Source: Candidatus Poribacteria bacterium (GTDB lineage Bacteria > Poribacteria > WGA-4E > PCPOR2b). Taken from it: a stretch of DNA of 64,000 bases. Every line of letters begins with the position of its first letter. Within the stretch, counting starts at the first letter, position 1. The stretch spans positions 5,376,001 to 5,440,000 of the forward strand of contig OZ244042.1 of the NCBI GenBank assembly GCA_965215015.1. Direction: 5' to 3'. The position numbers were made by a program, and so were the translations under genes. Shown here piece by piece: positions 52,901 to 61,705 of the stretch. Below the pieces are notes generated by a model. That model was not told where the DNA came from. It searched no databases and worked only from the letters and a program-made list of their open reading frames with translations.

Positions 52901-53893
52901 ATCCTCATTTCGATGAGCGTTGAAGCGACGGTGACTTTCACCGGGTATGCGTGGGACGACGGCGCATCAACCATCAATCTCACCGCCGGTTCTAACCTCA
53001 TCGGTCTACCCGTCAACGATGCGAGACTGACCAATGTCAGCGACATTGCCGCGCTGTTTGCTACCGGCGTTGTGGCCAGTGTCGTTGTTTCAACAGCGGA
53101 TGGATACAAGTCCGTTGCAGCGGCAGGGGATGTAAATGATGGACCGGTCATGGGCGATGCTGCCTATCTGGTCACAGCGACCACCGATGCAACCGCTGCT
53201 CTTATCGGAACCGGTTGGAGCAACGACACGGCGGCGGCTGCCCCTAGCGGCTTGGTTAGCCATCAGGTGGCCGGTCAAACCCCCGTCCTTGATGTCAACG
53301 GTTCGGTCGTTGATGAGACCACCGGAGTGGTGCAGGACGGATTCCGGGTCAAGGTGAAGAACCTGTCCACCAAAGCCGCACTCAACCGGGTGACCTCCGC
53401 AGAGACAACAACAGGCTACAACATGACCTTTGTTGACCTGAAGGTGGGTCATGCGGCACAGGTTGGGGATGTCCTGGAGATTTCGGCAGATTCACCCAGT
53501 CCGTTAATCGGCGTCCAGCCGGTGCGTCATATCGTTACCATTGACGATGTGAAAGCCACGCGTATTGAGTTGGCAGACCTCATCGCCTATGAGATTCCGT
53601 CAGAGACGGAGCTGCTGCACAACTATCCCAATCCATTCAACCCCGAAACGTGGATACCGTATCGGTTAGCATCAGATGCGGAGGTCGTCTTGACCATCTA
53701 CGATAGCACCGGTCAGGTGGTGCGAACCCTTGATATGGGGCATCAGATGGCGGCGGTTTATGAGTCGAGAGCCAAAGCCATCTACTGGGACGGGCGAAAC
53801 CGTTTCGGTGAACAGGTAGCCAGTGGCATCTACTTCTACAGCCTCAGTGCAGGAGAATTCTCGGCAACCCGTAAGATGATGATTCTGAAGTAA
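46976..53893 (+). CDS. Giant secreted/surface protein with repeated Ig-like modules and a C-terminal FlgD/T9SS-type sorting domain
   Basis: Signal peptide; recurring 'G.G....P..V.AG.......YTA......GG.V.L.IP.GW' modules; ends 'NYPNPFNPETWIPY...WDGRN..GE.VASGIYFY...RKM'. Confidence 0.85.
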   Translation: MIKRLNQRNVNFQKLSVFFVISLMLFVGLFINEAAPQGLIFSDLMSFQFFPVGGTDEVAPQEERIPLDAIEYGSTYWMKAYYTTHNDDGKQGFRLDIPDELELVDPRNTLSIRVRAFHTSYSNSVLSSGTPPPNEVSGWFPGVTNYLQRYTLARDHTNVAAGPKVPPSLGYPPGDEGDGVIYGNPSYHKGWFAEVPYAYEMSYSEDPPDLSDQNQKGVFVNENRITIRQSADDLEAVAQNPRNNDHKMDAPVVRVHYLITCKVRFPAVKPISTTYTFSYEVQTEDDGWRPLNTTSLNVQNLPSRFHRFETSTTPPDVTHNSRLLIFDPQNRAPVYGPHGSSGKPDDMSVTEYIHSRRQTGTPSDANFYVTVRGSASVQVGWGFREAAGDPLPDITVATDVDVEESTLPLAAGSLRNVLKFIYRPTADNLSGGRFRIAFPAGGWKVSNKFLSVIDGDTEIYETDGDGNVSADSDTDRVTFEADKRITVALDSAWGPQRGDRDLIIQFGDVTAPIPPRLPDTDNDAGDQNTNVAYFTYQFLYSESTRNSVLGPLPSQPGVRVGDIIGGGTDRDPLERKLTIEPGRVFPGETDTEFTLTFTAPGPMYDSSLHIRYSGGAAHLGPQDAPVREDFKVTGRGQPKPILGSETAPINFSNVGGAALLLDIPIIKLDTGQQIIVSYTREAGIGDGTDAGTDPFILPEITADTVIGSTIARYVNNDEDWAADIGADDVEVSGGVWVAAAGSGKLDLSPASVEAGSQRRDITLTYTAYTDLEGITLTIEPKGIVIDDDTQQLQTDTSTDYGYVSGSEGFVVNDGDTLEWSGLDLEKGKTVTARIRRVNILAEADEYEWGVMVDGEELANDTTTDIDDRPILSVVKTSGDAVRFEVDGEDTFRAGSKAKINFKFIADSTPIRDGEVRLTIPSTLGSPPTKADATAGEVAVEGDADKSGGAGDIGADQITVSGRTITVAIGRLDVGGSVTIKYGAADDSQAVLHHVAGAVQVSGTFRTSSGASTRTAGTATVTLSNVEDGTGTAVLSPGTIEAGSSNRAIEVVFTAAGTMDGGAVSLGIPDGWGAMQNDPTQRNYVTTRGAGVSAVEITDRHAIATIDTLSKGGSFRFIYGGGTGAAVGAEVQDNVGTAQFVIKSDGDGDGVFAALTSDLEHTGREQIRNPDKTQKIYKDADGVLQVKVTSALDGTGTVTLDTPSVRAASDDVKLVFIYKPSQTIEDGELRFTVPSSWSQPQVEEVSLPGYTEVDGVGLGSVMDDDKFSVTVPIFSLDKANEITITYGATEAGRAVASATTGVDAFRFAVQGGESGNLAPIRTQPTVTVNPQASGKGKAVIAVTDGEGTLHTGDTGRELTVTYTAVGQMVGGKVRLEVPAGWSAPTAETVAITPAIPPTFSGQMAIVEGVNLSANGTVTFVYTGDVQPKVGTGVAFAVGVDGGDAADKFDNVSGDETMLTVDVDEARQGAGSGEVTPRIVDAGATGVNLTFTYTAVGIINAPREFRVQVPIGWTAPSSAAMDPENKGTYTVAHRHMGVATTVSVEKLAPVGRDMVARVKLGGLEVEAGDEIIFTYHNADAPANREVSEFVMLFDGRQVGSNVSVRVQASTPSQLTLSSAGTVSADDGAMPLGITVGLRDADGHEVAMASDVAVTLTSSSAGTFSELAEGTGTESITVTVAGGDVSAMVYYQDSTPGIATITATAPGLTMASQPVTVTTSVVAITEGSVTIEPALAMAGDTVTVSAMGTAGRTVMFSVGSIVTDRSMAEVSSGAYSGSFTVVADQHADGMYDVSVSLNGQGAMVSNALTLDSTMPTVMAMAAPDTVANGEPVEISATVSDASSITSVMADVSMLDTTQTDAVSLTMGADGSYSASVVVSEDNTAINGAKTITVTAIDAAGNSGSGTAMVTLDNMLSYTSTIPAGTSLFHVPLAVEGLNTVGDLREMLGSDANLLIVYDSATDLWNSRSDDVPITPDLGILISMSVEATVTFTGYAWDDGASTINLTAGSNLIGLPVNDARLTNVSDIAALFATGVVASVVVSTADGYKSVAAAGDVNDGPVMGDAAYLVTATTDATAALIGTGWSNDTAAAAPSGLVSHQVAGQTPVLDVNGSVVDETTGVVQDGFRVKVKNLSTKAALNRVTSAETTTGYNMTFVDLKVGHAAQVGDVLEISADSPSPLIGVQPVRHIVTIDDVKATRIELADLIAYEIPSETELLHNYPNPFNPETWIPYRLASDAEVVLTIYDSTGQVVRTLDMGHQMAAVYESRAKAIYWDGRNRFGEQVASGIYFYSLSAGEFSATRKMMILK

Positions 53894-53952
53894 CCGGATG
53901 GTGAGGCCTCTCCTACCAAGTCATTCGTAGGGGGCATCTTCCTGACTTAGAT

Positions 53953-54002
53953 ATAGCTGTTGAATGCCTCATTGCGAAGAGGCATTCAACAGCTATTTTT
54001 TT
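53953..54002 (+). terminator. Rho-independent terminator
   Basis: atagctgttgaatgcctc / gaggcattcaacagctat stem followed by a T run. Confidence 0.85.
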
Positions 54003-54248
54003 GTACGAATAATAAATCCCGTTGTATGAATCTTGACCTACGGGGTTTCTCCGTTAGATAAACCAGTGACAACCCATTGCCATATCGTCCCTGAAGTTTT
54101 TCATAGCGTCCCACCTGCAGTAGTATTGAAAAATAAAAAAGCCACCTCCCGATTCCGCCTTTCTCCCGCGTGTGAGAGAAGGGTACGAATCAAAGAGATG
54201 GCTGATTTGGCGAAGTTGGCATCTCGCAGGTACGAAATGCGAATCCCC

Positions 54249-54445
54249 TACGGTTCTGTATCCATTTTTCGCTCGCGTTGCTCCTGCTCAGGAGATCGCC
54301 CTTCAGGGGCGGTTAAGCGTTCAACTTGCCGAGCCGCTTCAGGATCAGACTCCCGTAGTCGGCGTAGCCCCTCCTCTGAACCGTACTGGTCAATCAACTG
54401 TTGCGCCTTATCAAAGCACTCCGGGGATAACCCTTCGCCTAACTC
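54249..54445 (-). pseudogene. Orphan C-terminal fragment paralogous to the protein at 55719-56907
   Basis: Translates ...LSPECFDKAQQLIDQYGSEEGLRRLRESDPEAARQVER; no start codon seen. Confidence 0.65.
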
Positions 54446-54491
54446 CGCTTTCCTCTTAGTTAATCAACTTCGTTAATCAAATATAAAGTAC

Positions 54492-54926
54492 CTAATGGTG
54501 ATAATGGTGGCTCACAGCTAAAAAGCCCCCGAAGGTGAGGATGCTCAAAACAACAACTATAACTATAGTGAGAGGAACGGTTGAAGACTCTCCCGATATT
54601 ATCCTTTTTAACGTTTTGAAATTCTTAAACACACACATGACCCAGTACGCCAGAATGGCTATCATCACAGCAAAACACACATTCTTGACATAATCAGAAC
54701 TTCCCCCTGCCAAAATGTACCACCCAAACAAACCGCCAAACATACACGCCAAGAGGGATAAGGGGCCAAAATCGTACCATTTGTAGTGCCATATCCAGTT
54801 GCCAAAACCTACCAGAAACACGGCAGTACACGCCAGATATGGCTCCTCAAGTCCACCAATATACCACCCCAACCCGCCTAAAAACGTAATCTTTAAGACA
54901 GATAAGGGAACAAAGTACCATTTCAT
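54492..54926 (-). CDS. Small multi-TM membrane protein, copy 2 (candidate immunity/partner)
   Basis: Start MKWYFVPL with RBS aggagg; paralog of 58775-59203. Confidence 0.75.
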   Translation of the reverse strand: MKWYFVPLSVLKITFLGGLGWYIGGLEEPYLACTAVFLVGFGNWIWHYKWYDFGPLSLLACMFGGLFGWYILAGGSSDYVKNVCFAVMIAILAYWVMCVFKNFKTLKRIISGESSTVPLTIVIVVVLSILTFGGFLAVSHHYHH

Positions 54927-54951
54927 GGGGGTCACCTCCTTTGCCAAGGAA

Positions 54952-55266
54952 TCAATTACGGTCGCTAGAAGTGCAGCGACCATGGAGCCACCTCTCCGAC
55001 AGCTCACAAGTATAGAATGGGTGATAGGCTGGACATGTCGTAGAGTGATCCGCGTTATGTTGCCCGCATCCCCCACATCTGTTTGTCCAAACTGCGTATC
55101 CCAGCGCGAATAACCCCAAAGCTATACCTGAAACTTTTACCCACCCTGCCTCTACCTCTTGCGGCTCATGTACCAGGGGCATCGCCAGCATCGCAACCGC
55201 TAAAAACATCATCAAAAATTGACTCACCCGTCGAACGGCGAACCAAGTATTCATTGTCTGAATCAT
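54952..55266 (-). CDS. Secreted Cys/His-rich peptide, copy 2
   Basis: Hydrophobic leader, 'EVEA|GW', CGGC; paralog of 59229-59564. Confidence 0.7.
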   Translation of the reverse strand: MIQTMNTWFAVRRVSQFLMMFLAVAMLAMPLVHEPQEVEAGWVKVSGIALGLFALGYAVWTNRCGGCGQHNADHSTTCPAYHPFYTCELSERWLHGRCTSSDRN

Positions 55267-55421
55267 AAATATTATACATCCCCCTTGCAAAAGTTATCAA
55301 GAAAAATTAAGAATTTGCCTCAGGATTCATGAGAGTGACGTATCCTAAGGATTAACCTGATTGCGTCCAACCCTATTAGGGCAAATCGAAAAATTCCAGC
55401 GGTATTGCCCGAGGCAACGCA

Positions 55422-55600
55422 TTAATACGGATTTAGCTCTTGTCTCGACACAATCTGTCTGAGGCGTTGCATTCCAGCTGCCATTCGTGACTTGACCGTA
55501 CTGACGGAGCACTCCAAAACTTGGGCAATCTCGTGCAATTTCATGTCGTGGTAATGGCGCAGTGTAATAACGACTCGCCAATCTTTCGGCAAAGGCACGA
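55422..55600 (-). pseudogene. ECF sigma factor region-4 remnant
   Basis: LP....V.TLRHYHDMKLHEIAQVLECSVSTVKSR matches the C-terminus of 59715-60296. Confidence 0.75.
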
Positions 55601-55718
55601 GCGCGGCTCGGTGTTGGCTTTCGCAGCCGGGTGGGGAGCAGAAGACACAAAAAAGCGGTCTCGCCACCGGGGGTTAATGGTAGAGAGACCGCTATAGAAA
55701 AATGTATGAAAAATCGTT

Positions 55719-56907
55719 TTACTTGCTACCGTGCTGATTATCCCCATCAGGCGCATCACGCCCCTTATTCTCCTCCTGCTTGTTCTGGGATACAGGAGGA
55801 TGCCGCTCAAACCGCCGAGCCGCTTCAGGGTCAGATTTCCTTAACCGCCGAAGCCCTTCCTCTGAACCGTACTGGTCAATCAACTGTCGCGCCTTATCAA
55901 CACGCTCCGGGGATATTCGCTCTTGGTCTGAGGTTCCTTGGCTTGACACGGTTTCTGGCTCTGATGGAACAGGGGGCTGTCTCTCTATCTTGCCTTTGGG
56001 TACAGGTTCAGATAGATATGAAGAGTTATCAACACCCCCCAGGTCAATTTCCCAGTTATCAGAAGGCGGTTTATCCCTCCCATCATCGACAGCTTCGGAC
56101 CCATATAAGTCGGGACGCTCCGCTCGTAAAAAGGATTCAAACTTCGGAATTTTACGTAGAAAATTAAAATTGATTTTCGTTTCCTCGGCTGTCATTGGCT
56201 CGCCTTCTGGCTTTACAACCAACTCCTGATTCGCAATGTGGCTTTCGACTGCTTCCATAGATATATCCAAAGTCCGTGCCCAAAGTGCTTTTTGCATGTA
56301 CAGGTCCCGGTCCACACCACTAGGAACCTCAAATACCTTCCCATCAATATTAATTTCCGACCGCTTGTCTCTCAACAAATCAATATACGCCTGTGAGACC
56401 CGATCCCCTTCCCGAATCTCTTCGCCAGGCGGAGCGAGAATCTTCACGACTTGCCCATCCGGAAGGGCGATCCACTGTGTCACCAGCTCATCCGTATTCC
56501 ACGTCCGCCCCACTTCCACCGGCGGCGGTGCCCCTTTGCTCATCCTGAGTGCATGGTGTGGATCCCCACCCGTATATTTTGCCACTATTTCTGGCGAGAG
56601 CACCTGTACCTTTACTATCTTTTTTGAGGCATCAGGCTTGTGAGTATTAGCGGGCTCCATTTGTCTAGTAGCGAATCCATTTGTCGCCGATGCAGTATGA
56701 TTACCCTTCTGTGTGCCTTGCCGATCGGTCGAATTTCCCTCCGTTTGAATATCTTTATCAAGGGACTGGTGGAATGCCACCGCTTTTGATACCAATTCCT
56801 GAACTTCAACATAGCTTTGGTATTCTCTATAGCCCACATACGAGATAGGAAACAACGCGAGAATACCGGCCACAACAAGGTAAGGGGTAAAATGACGAAT
56901 TGACATG
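55719..56907 (-). CDS. Hypothetical membrane-anchored protein
   Basis: Long ORF, N-terminal TM, C-terminal 'LIDQYGSEEGLRRLR..DPEAARRFER' motif; start MSIRH after ggag. Confidence 0.75.
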
Positions 56908-56978
56908 ATTATAATCTCCTTGTGAAAGCTGGTGCCACCGTGGAACATTGACACGGTGGCACCAACTCTGGAAGAACT

Positions 56979-57362
56979 TCAATTATTCGTGCTGCAACCC
57001 GAATTCGAGCAAGAGCCCGACCAGGAATTAGTAACGGTTCTAACACTTCTGCTTGTGCTTCTATACTGGAGTGACCACGATCCATTCGACCGCGCGTGGT
57101 AATGGTACTTAATGGTTATGATCGCAACAGTCCGAACAACCACATGCGTCACTATATTGCCTTTATAACAGGTTCCACACGTCTGTGTGTCTGTGTATGA
57201 ATCATCTGTGCGAATAAAGAGTTTAGTTGAACTCGTTGATGTGCGTTGGAAAATATTCGGAAACCAATTATGTCCATAGACATTATATACCGAAAAAACT
57301 GCGATCGCCAATATTCCGACAATAAAAAACATTACTTTGAAACGCCGTGAAGCCAACATCAT
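56979..57362 (-). CDS. Small secreted Thr/Ser-rich protein with four Cys
   Basis: Signal-like N-terminus, CGTC, and C-terminal CSNSGC. Confidence 0.65.
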   Translation of the reverse strand: MMLASRRFKVMFFIVGILAIAVFSVYNVYGHNWFPNIFQRTSTSSTKLFIRTDDSYTDTQTCGTCYKGNIVTHVVVRTVAIITIKYHYHARSNGSWSLQYRSTSRSVRTVTNSWSGSCSNSGCSTNN

Positions 57363-57420
57363 AGATTCTCCTTGGTAAAAGTTATGTTCTGTGGAGCAGA
57401 AATAATCTCTACTTGAAATT

Positions 57421-57936
57421 TCATTGTCCCCCTTCTCCAGTAGGGGCGGTAACGGGGGTTGCCCACTTTATGTTACCCGCCTGATCCCGGATGACAATAC
57501 TGGTTCCTATTGGAGGTTCTCCAACGAATAAGTTAAGCGCAGCTTTCCCATTTGACAGGATAGATATCGCATTAATGTTTTCATGAGAGAAGAGGCTCAC
57601 CCCCGTTTGATTTGAATGATCTAGGACACTTATACTATGCTGCCCCTCGCTAGCCCATAAGTGTAGCCCCGGGCGCCCTTTTTGATCATACAGCAGAATA
57701 TGATTTGCCTCTTCCATGGCATTTAAGACAATCGCTTTTTTACCTGCTTTATCCACCACCGTTAGCTGACGGCACTGAATCTCATCAAATACCGATGAAG
57801 CATCGGGATCCTCGGAATGGGACACGCCATTTCTTTGTGCAATCAAAGGGAAGCCCCCCATTGCCACCATCACTAGCACAACAAACGTTATCACCGATCC
57901 CAGAACAGCATAGCGAATCTTCTGTGTGTTGCTCAT
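57421..57936 (-). CDS. Hypothetical secreted beta-repeat protein
   Basis: N-terminal TM, 'FDEIQCRQLTVVDKAGK', repeated 'I.l.D..G' strands. Confidence 0.7.
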   Translation of the reverse strand: MSNTQKIRYAVLGSVITFVVLVMVAMGGFPLIAQRNGVSHSEDPDASSVFDEIQCRQLTVVDKAGKKAIVLNAMEEANHILLYDQKGRPGLHLWASEGQHSISVLDHSNQTGVSLFSHENINAISILSNGKAALNLFVGEPPIGTSIVIRDQAGNIKWATPVTAPTGEGGQ

Positions 57937-58034
57937 AAGGTTCCCTCACATGAAAGATTTATACCTTAACAGGTAACAACCTAGACGCTTATTAGGGCAA
58001 GCCCTGACAAGCCGCGTAACAATCCCATCTGAGA

Positions 58035-58730
58035 TTACTCACCTAATAGTGAACGAACTTCCTTCATGATTATATCCGCTGTTTCCTGTCCCAAGTGCTC
58101 CGTGAAATGGTCATGAGCACGGACTAACGCATCTGCGCGCACGGCTGATGGCAGCTTTAAAAAAAGCCCACGAAACTCCCTTAGAAACTCCCTTTGTGCT
58201 TCTCTCCCGATTTTTCCAAGCTCCGACTGCTCTAGAGGACTCAACGCCTCGATTTCCGCTCTCGAGAGATTCGCAAGCTCAAGGAGTTCGGGATATTTTT
58301 CGTAGTGGGCCTCCGTTAATTTTTCTATTTGTAATCCTATCTCTGCGATATGTGCTTCCTCTGCAGCCGCTGCATCAAACGCGCTTTCAGAGAGGACAGG
58401 ATCTTCCGAAAGCTCTGTCAGAAAGACATCACCCCCATTAGAGAAGGTATCCGGTTCATAATCATGGTCATCAGCAGCGTCGAGATCTTCATCATACGAC
58501 CCCGCCGCGGCTGAGGTGGAGGTTGTGTGTGCCGGCACCGGTTGAAACGCAGGTTCAGGCTGCACCGACGGCGATTCGGATCGCTCCGGCACCACATAAA
58601 TGCGTTCCGGCACCGGTTCAGCCGTGTGTTGATGGTAGAGATAAATTCCCCCTGCGAGGAGCGGAACACATAGGACTCCAAGCAGGACGCTCCCCTTTGT
58701 GTACTTCGCCATTTTTGGAAACATAATCAA
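58035..58730 (-). CDS. Hypothetical membrane-anchored acidic/helical protein
   Basis: N-terminal TM, acidic linker, helical C-terminus. Confidence 0.7.
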   Translation of the reverse strand: MIMFPKMAKYTKGSVLLGVLCVPLLAGGIYLYHQHTAEPVPERIYVVPERSESPSVQPEPAFQPVPAHTTSTSAAAGSYDEDLDAADDHDYEPDTFSNGGDVFLTELSEDPVLSESAFDAAAAEEAHIAEIGLQIEKLTEAHYEKYPELLELANLSRAEIEALSPLEQSELGKIGREAQREFLREFRGLFLKLPSAVRADALVRAHDHFTEHLGQETADIIMKEVRSLLGE

Positions 58731-58774
58731 TTTTCCTCTTGGTTAATCAACTTCGTTAACCAAATATAAAGTGC

Positions 58775-59203
58775 CTAATGGTGATAATGGTGGCTCACAG
58801 CCAAAGAGACCGCGAAAATGAGACCGATGAGAACGGTAACTATAGCGACAGGAGCGTTTGAAAAAATACTCGACATGGTTCTTTTTAACCCTTTGAAATC
58901 CTTAAAAACGCACATGACCCAGTACGCCAGAACGGCCATCATCACAGCAAAACACCCCTGCTTTAAATAATCAGAACTTTCCCCCGCCCAAAAGTACCAC
59001 CCAAACAACCCACCAGACGTAAACACCAAGAGGGATAAGGGGTCAAAAAAGTACCATTTCTGTACCCGTATCCCGTTGCCTATCCCCACCAGGAACACGA
59101 CGGTACACGCCAGATGTGGCTCCTCAAGTCCACCAATATACCACCCCAACCCCGCTAAAAATGTAAACCCTAAGACAGATAAGGGAACAAAGTACCATTT
59201 CAT
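58775..59203 (-). CDS. Small multi-TM membrane protein, copy 1 (candidate immunity/partner)
   Basis: Start MKWYFVPL with RBS aggagg; about five TMs. Confidence 0.75.
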   Translation of the reverse strand: MKWYFVPLSVLGFTFLAGLGWYIGGLEEPHLACTVVFLVGIGNGIRVQKWYFFDPLSLLVFTSGGLFGWYFWAGESSDYLKQGCFAVMMAVLAYWVMCVFKDFKGLKRTMSSIFSNAPVAIVTVLIGLIFAVSLAVSHHYHH

Positions 59204-59228
59204 GGGGGTCACCTCCTTTGCCAAGGAA

Positions 59229-59564
59229 TCAATTACGGTCGCTAGAAGTGCAGCGACCATGGTGCCACCTCTCCGAGAGCTTACAAGTATAGAATGTGTG
59301 ATAGGCTGGACATGTCGCAGAGTGATCCGTGTCATGTTGCCCGCACCCGCCACATCTGTTCGTCCAAACTGTGTATCCTAGCGCGATTAACCCCAAAGCT
59401 GCTGAAGCAATTCCAAGAACTTTTACCCACCCTGCCTCTACCTCTTGCGGCTCATGTACCAGTGGCATCGCCAGCATCGCAACCGCTAAAAATATCATCA
59501 AAAATTGACTCGCTCGTTGAACGGCGAACCAAGTATTCATTGTCTGAGTCTGAGTCATAAACAT
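59229..59564 (-). CDS. Secreted Cys/His-rich peptide, copy 1
   Basis: RBS aaggagg; leader, 'EVEA|GWVKVLGIASAALGLIALG', CGGC...C...C...C. Confidence 0.75.
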   Translation of the reverse strand: MFMTQTQTMNTWFAVQRASQFLMIFLAVAMLAMPLVHEPQEVEAGWVKVLGIASAALGLIALGYTVWTNRCGGCGQHDTDHSATCPAYHTFYTCKLSERWHHGRCTSSDRN

Positions 59565-59714
59565 TATACAGCCTCCTTGCAAAAGTTATCAAGAAAAATT
59601 AAGAATTTGCCTCAGGATTCATGAGAGTGCCGTATCCTGAGGATTGGCCTGATTGCGTCCAACCCTATTAGGACGAAACCAAATAATCCCGGTAGAAGCA
59701 CTTGATGCAATACC

Positions 59715-60296
59715 TCAATAGGGGCTTATCCCTTGTCTCGACAAAATTCGTTTGAGCTGTCGCCTCCCTGCCTGCACCCGCGACTTTGCGGTACTGACAG
59801 GACAACCCAAAACTTGGGCAATTTCGTGAAATTTCATGTCGTGGTAGAGTCTCAGGGTGGTTGCAATCCGTTGATTTTCTGGCAACTGTTCCAATGCGAA
59901 GCATATTTCGCGCTGGATTTCTTTTTTTTCCAGAACCACGTCGGGTGTGGATGAATCGATGAGGCTGCTGTCAAAACCTTCAAATACCGACGTCAGATAA
60001 CCGCCCATCGGTATCTCTACTTGATATCCTTTTTTGGCAAGATTATCCAGGCAGAGATTTGCCGCAATTCGATACATCCATGTGGAGAATTTCGCCGTTG
60101 GACGGTAGGTCTTGGCAGAACGATAGATACGGAGAAGGACCTCCTGCCGCAAGTCTTCTGCTAACCCGATGTCATTGACCATTCGATAGCAGTAATTCAG
60201 CAGCGGCTCCTTCCAGCGTTCGACCAATACCTCAAACGCACTCGAATCGCCCATCTGAAACTGGCGTATCAAAACCTCATCCGATCTTTTTGCCAT
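59715..60296 (-). CDS. ECF-type RNA polymerase sigma factor
   Basis: 'AEDLRQEV', 'KFSTWMYRIAAN', region 4 'EIAQVLGCPVSTAKSR'. Confidence 0.92.
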   Translation of the reverse strand: MAKRSDEVLIRQFQMGDSSAFEVLVERWKEPLLNYCYRMVNDIGLAEDLRQEVLLRIYRSAKTYRPTAKFSTWMYRIAANLCLDNLAKKGYQVEIPMGGYLTSVFEGFDSSLIDSSTPDVVLEKKEIQREICFALEQLPENQRIATTLRLYHDMKFHEIAQVLGCPVSTAKSRVQAGRRQLKRILSRQGISPY

Positions 60297-60586
60297 GTTA
60301 TCCTCGGACTGACTGGTTAATAAGGTTAAATGGCTGGGTTAATCAGGCTAACGGGTAAGTTGTAAAAAAGACGAGATTTTTTGAGAAAAAAAGGCTCATG
60401 TTAAGAATTAAGAAATGGTGCACCAGAAACCGGCCCTCCCCCGCAAGCAGGGGGAAGAGAACCGTGTGGATATTCGGGATTAGAGGGGGGCTCGGTTTCT
60501 CTTCGCGCTTTGCACGCTCTTTTTAGCTGGGGTCCCTTGCGTTTTACATTTCACGTTTCACGCACAATATGGTATCATACTTAGAC

Positions 60587-60959
60587 GCTTGAGTTGGGTA
60601 GGTGATCGCGTTCCGAGAGATCGGGATGAGGAAAGTCCGGACTCCGCAGGGCGGGATGCTGGATAACCCCCAGGAGCGGCGACGCTATGGAAAGTGCAAC
60701 AGAAAGGAGACTACAACGCTTCTGCGTTGTACAGGTGAAACGGTGCGGTAAAAGCGCACCAGTTCCGATGGTGACATCGGAAGCTAGGTAAACCCCATCC
60801 GGAGCAAGGCCGAATAGGAGGATATGTGAGGCGCGCCCGCCTCGTCCTCGGGTATGGCTGCTTGAGGTTGCTGGTAACATCAATCCTAGATGAATGATCA
60901 CCGCCTTGATGCGCGAAAGCAATTCAGGGAACAGAAACCGGCTTATTCCCAACTCAAGC
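60587..60959 (+). ncRNA. rnpB: RNase P RNA (bacterial type A)
   Basis: GAGGAAAGTCCGG and ACAGAAACCGGCTTA conserved motifs; P1 pairing gcttgagttggg / cccaactcaagc; T run after the end. Confidence 0.96.
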
Positions 60960-61705
60960 CCCTTTTTTACGAAGTCAAAGGTACCAGAAACCGAGTTTGG
61001 CTCATGTTAAGCAATGGTGCATCGAAAACCGAGTTTTGAAGAAAAAACTCGGTTTCTCTTCAGGCGTGCCACTCTCTTTTTCTATTAACCCCGTCGGTCA
61101 GGCTTTCTCGCCCAGCTGCACCGATGAACCAATTATTTTCACGTTTCAGATTATCATCTATCAGGAGGAGGCCCCCCAATGGAACTGACTTCGACTTTGA
61201 CGCTGCGGATTACGGTCCTCACCGTTTCCAAAGTGCTCACATGTTTTATTGGCTCTGCGGGAAAAAGGATGAATTTCGCTGGATTGGGGGACAGGGATGG
61301 CCCCTGCGTTACGGCAGAGGGGCTAACTACAAGCCTTACGGCGCACCATCTGGGCCGCCGGGGGATTGGTAAAAATCGATGGTGTGCAAATAGTAGTAGG
61401 CATACGCTGTATGCCTACTCCCCTCTCGAATCCCCACTTGCGGGGACGAAGGGGGGTGACGGCACGCGGAGCGCGCCTACTACTGTAATTCCTCCTGTTC
61501 GTAGTAGCGCAATTGATTGCGCGTGACGGCACGCGGAGCGTACCTACTGCTGTCGGGTGGTTTAGCATCTATGGTGACGCGGGTTGAATGACGTTACGAC
61601 AAACTCAAGTGCGTAACTCCTATCATGAATAAATTCGCGGTAATTCGCGTGGATTGGCAGAGACTTACGGCTTATCGTTGCGCTCTGCATTCTCCTTACA
61701 TAAGC

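Noticed and set aside
54927-55076. Long N-terminal extensions of the membrane proteins (also 59204-59353)
   Set aside because: They overlap the peptide genes, and a strong RBS precedes MKWYF.
60581-60952. 123-aa minus-strand ORF
   Set aside because: It is the antisense shadow of the RNase P RNA.
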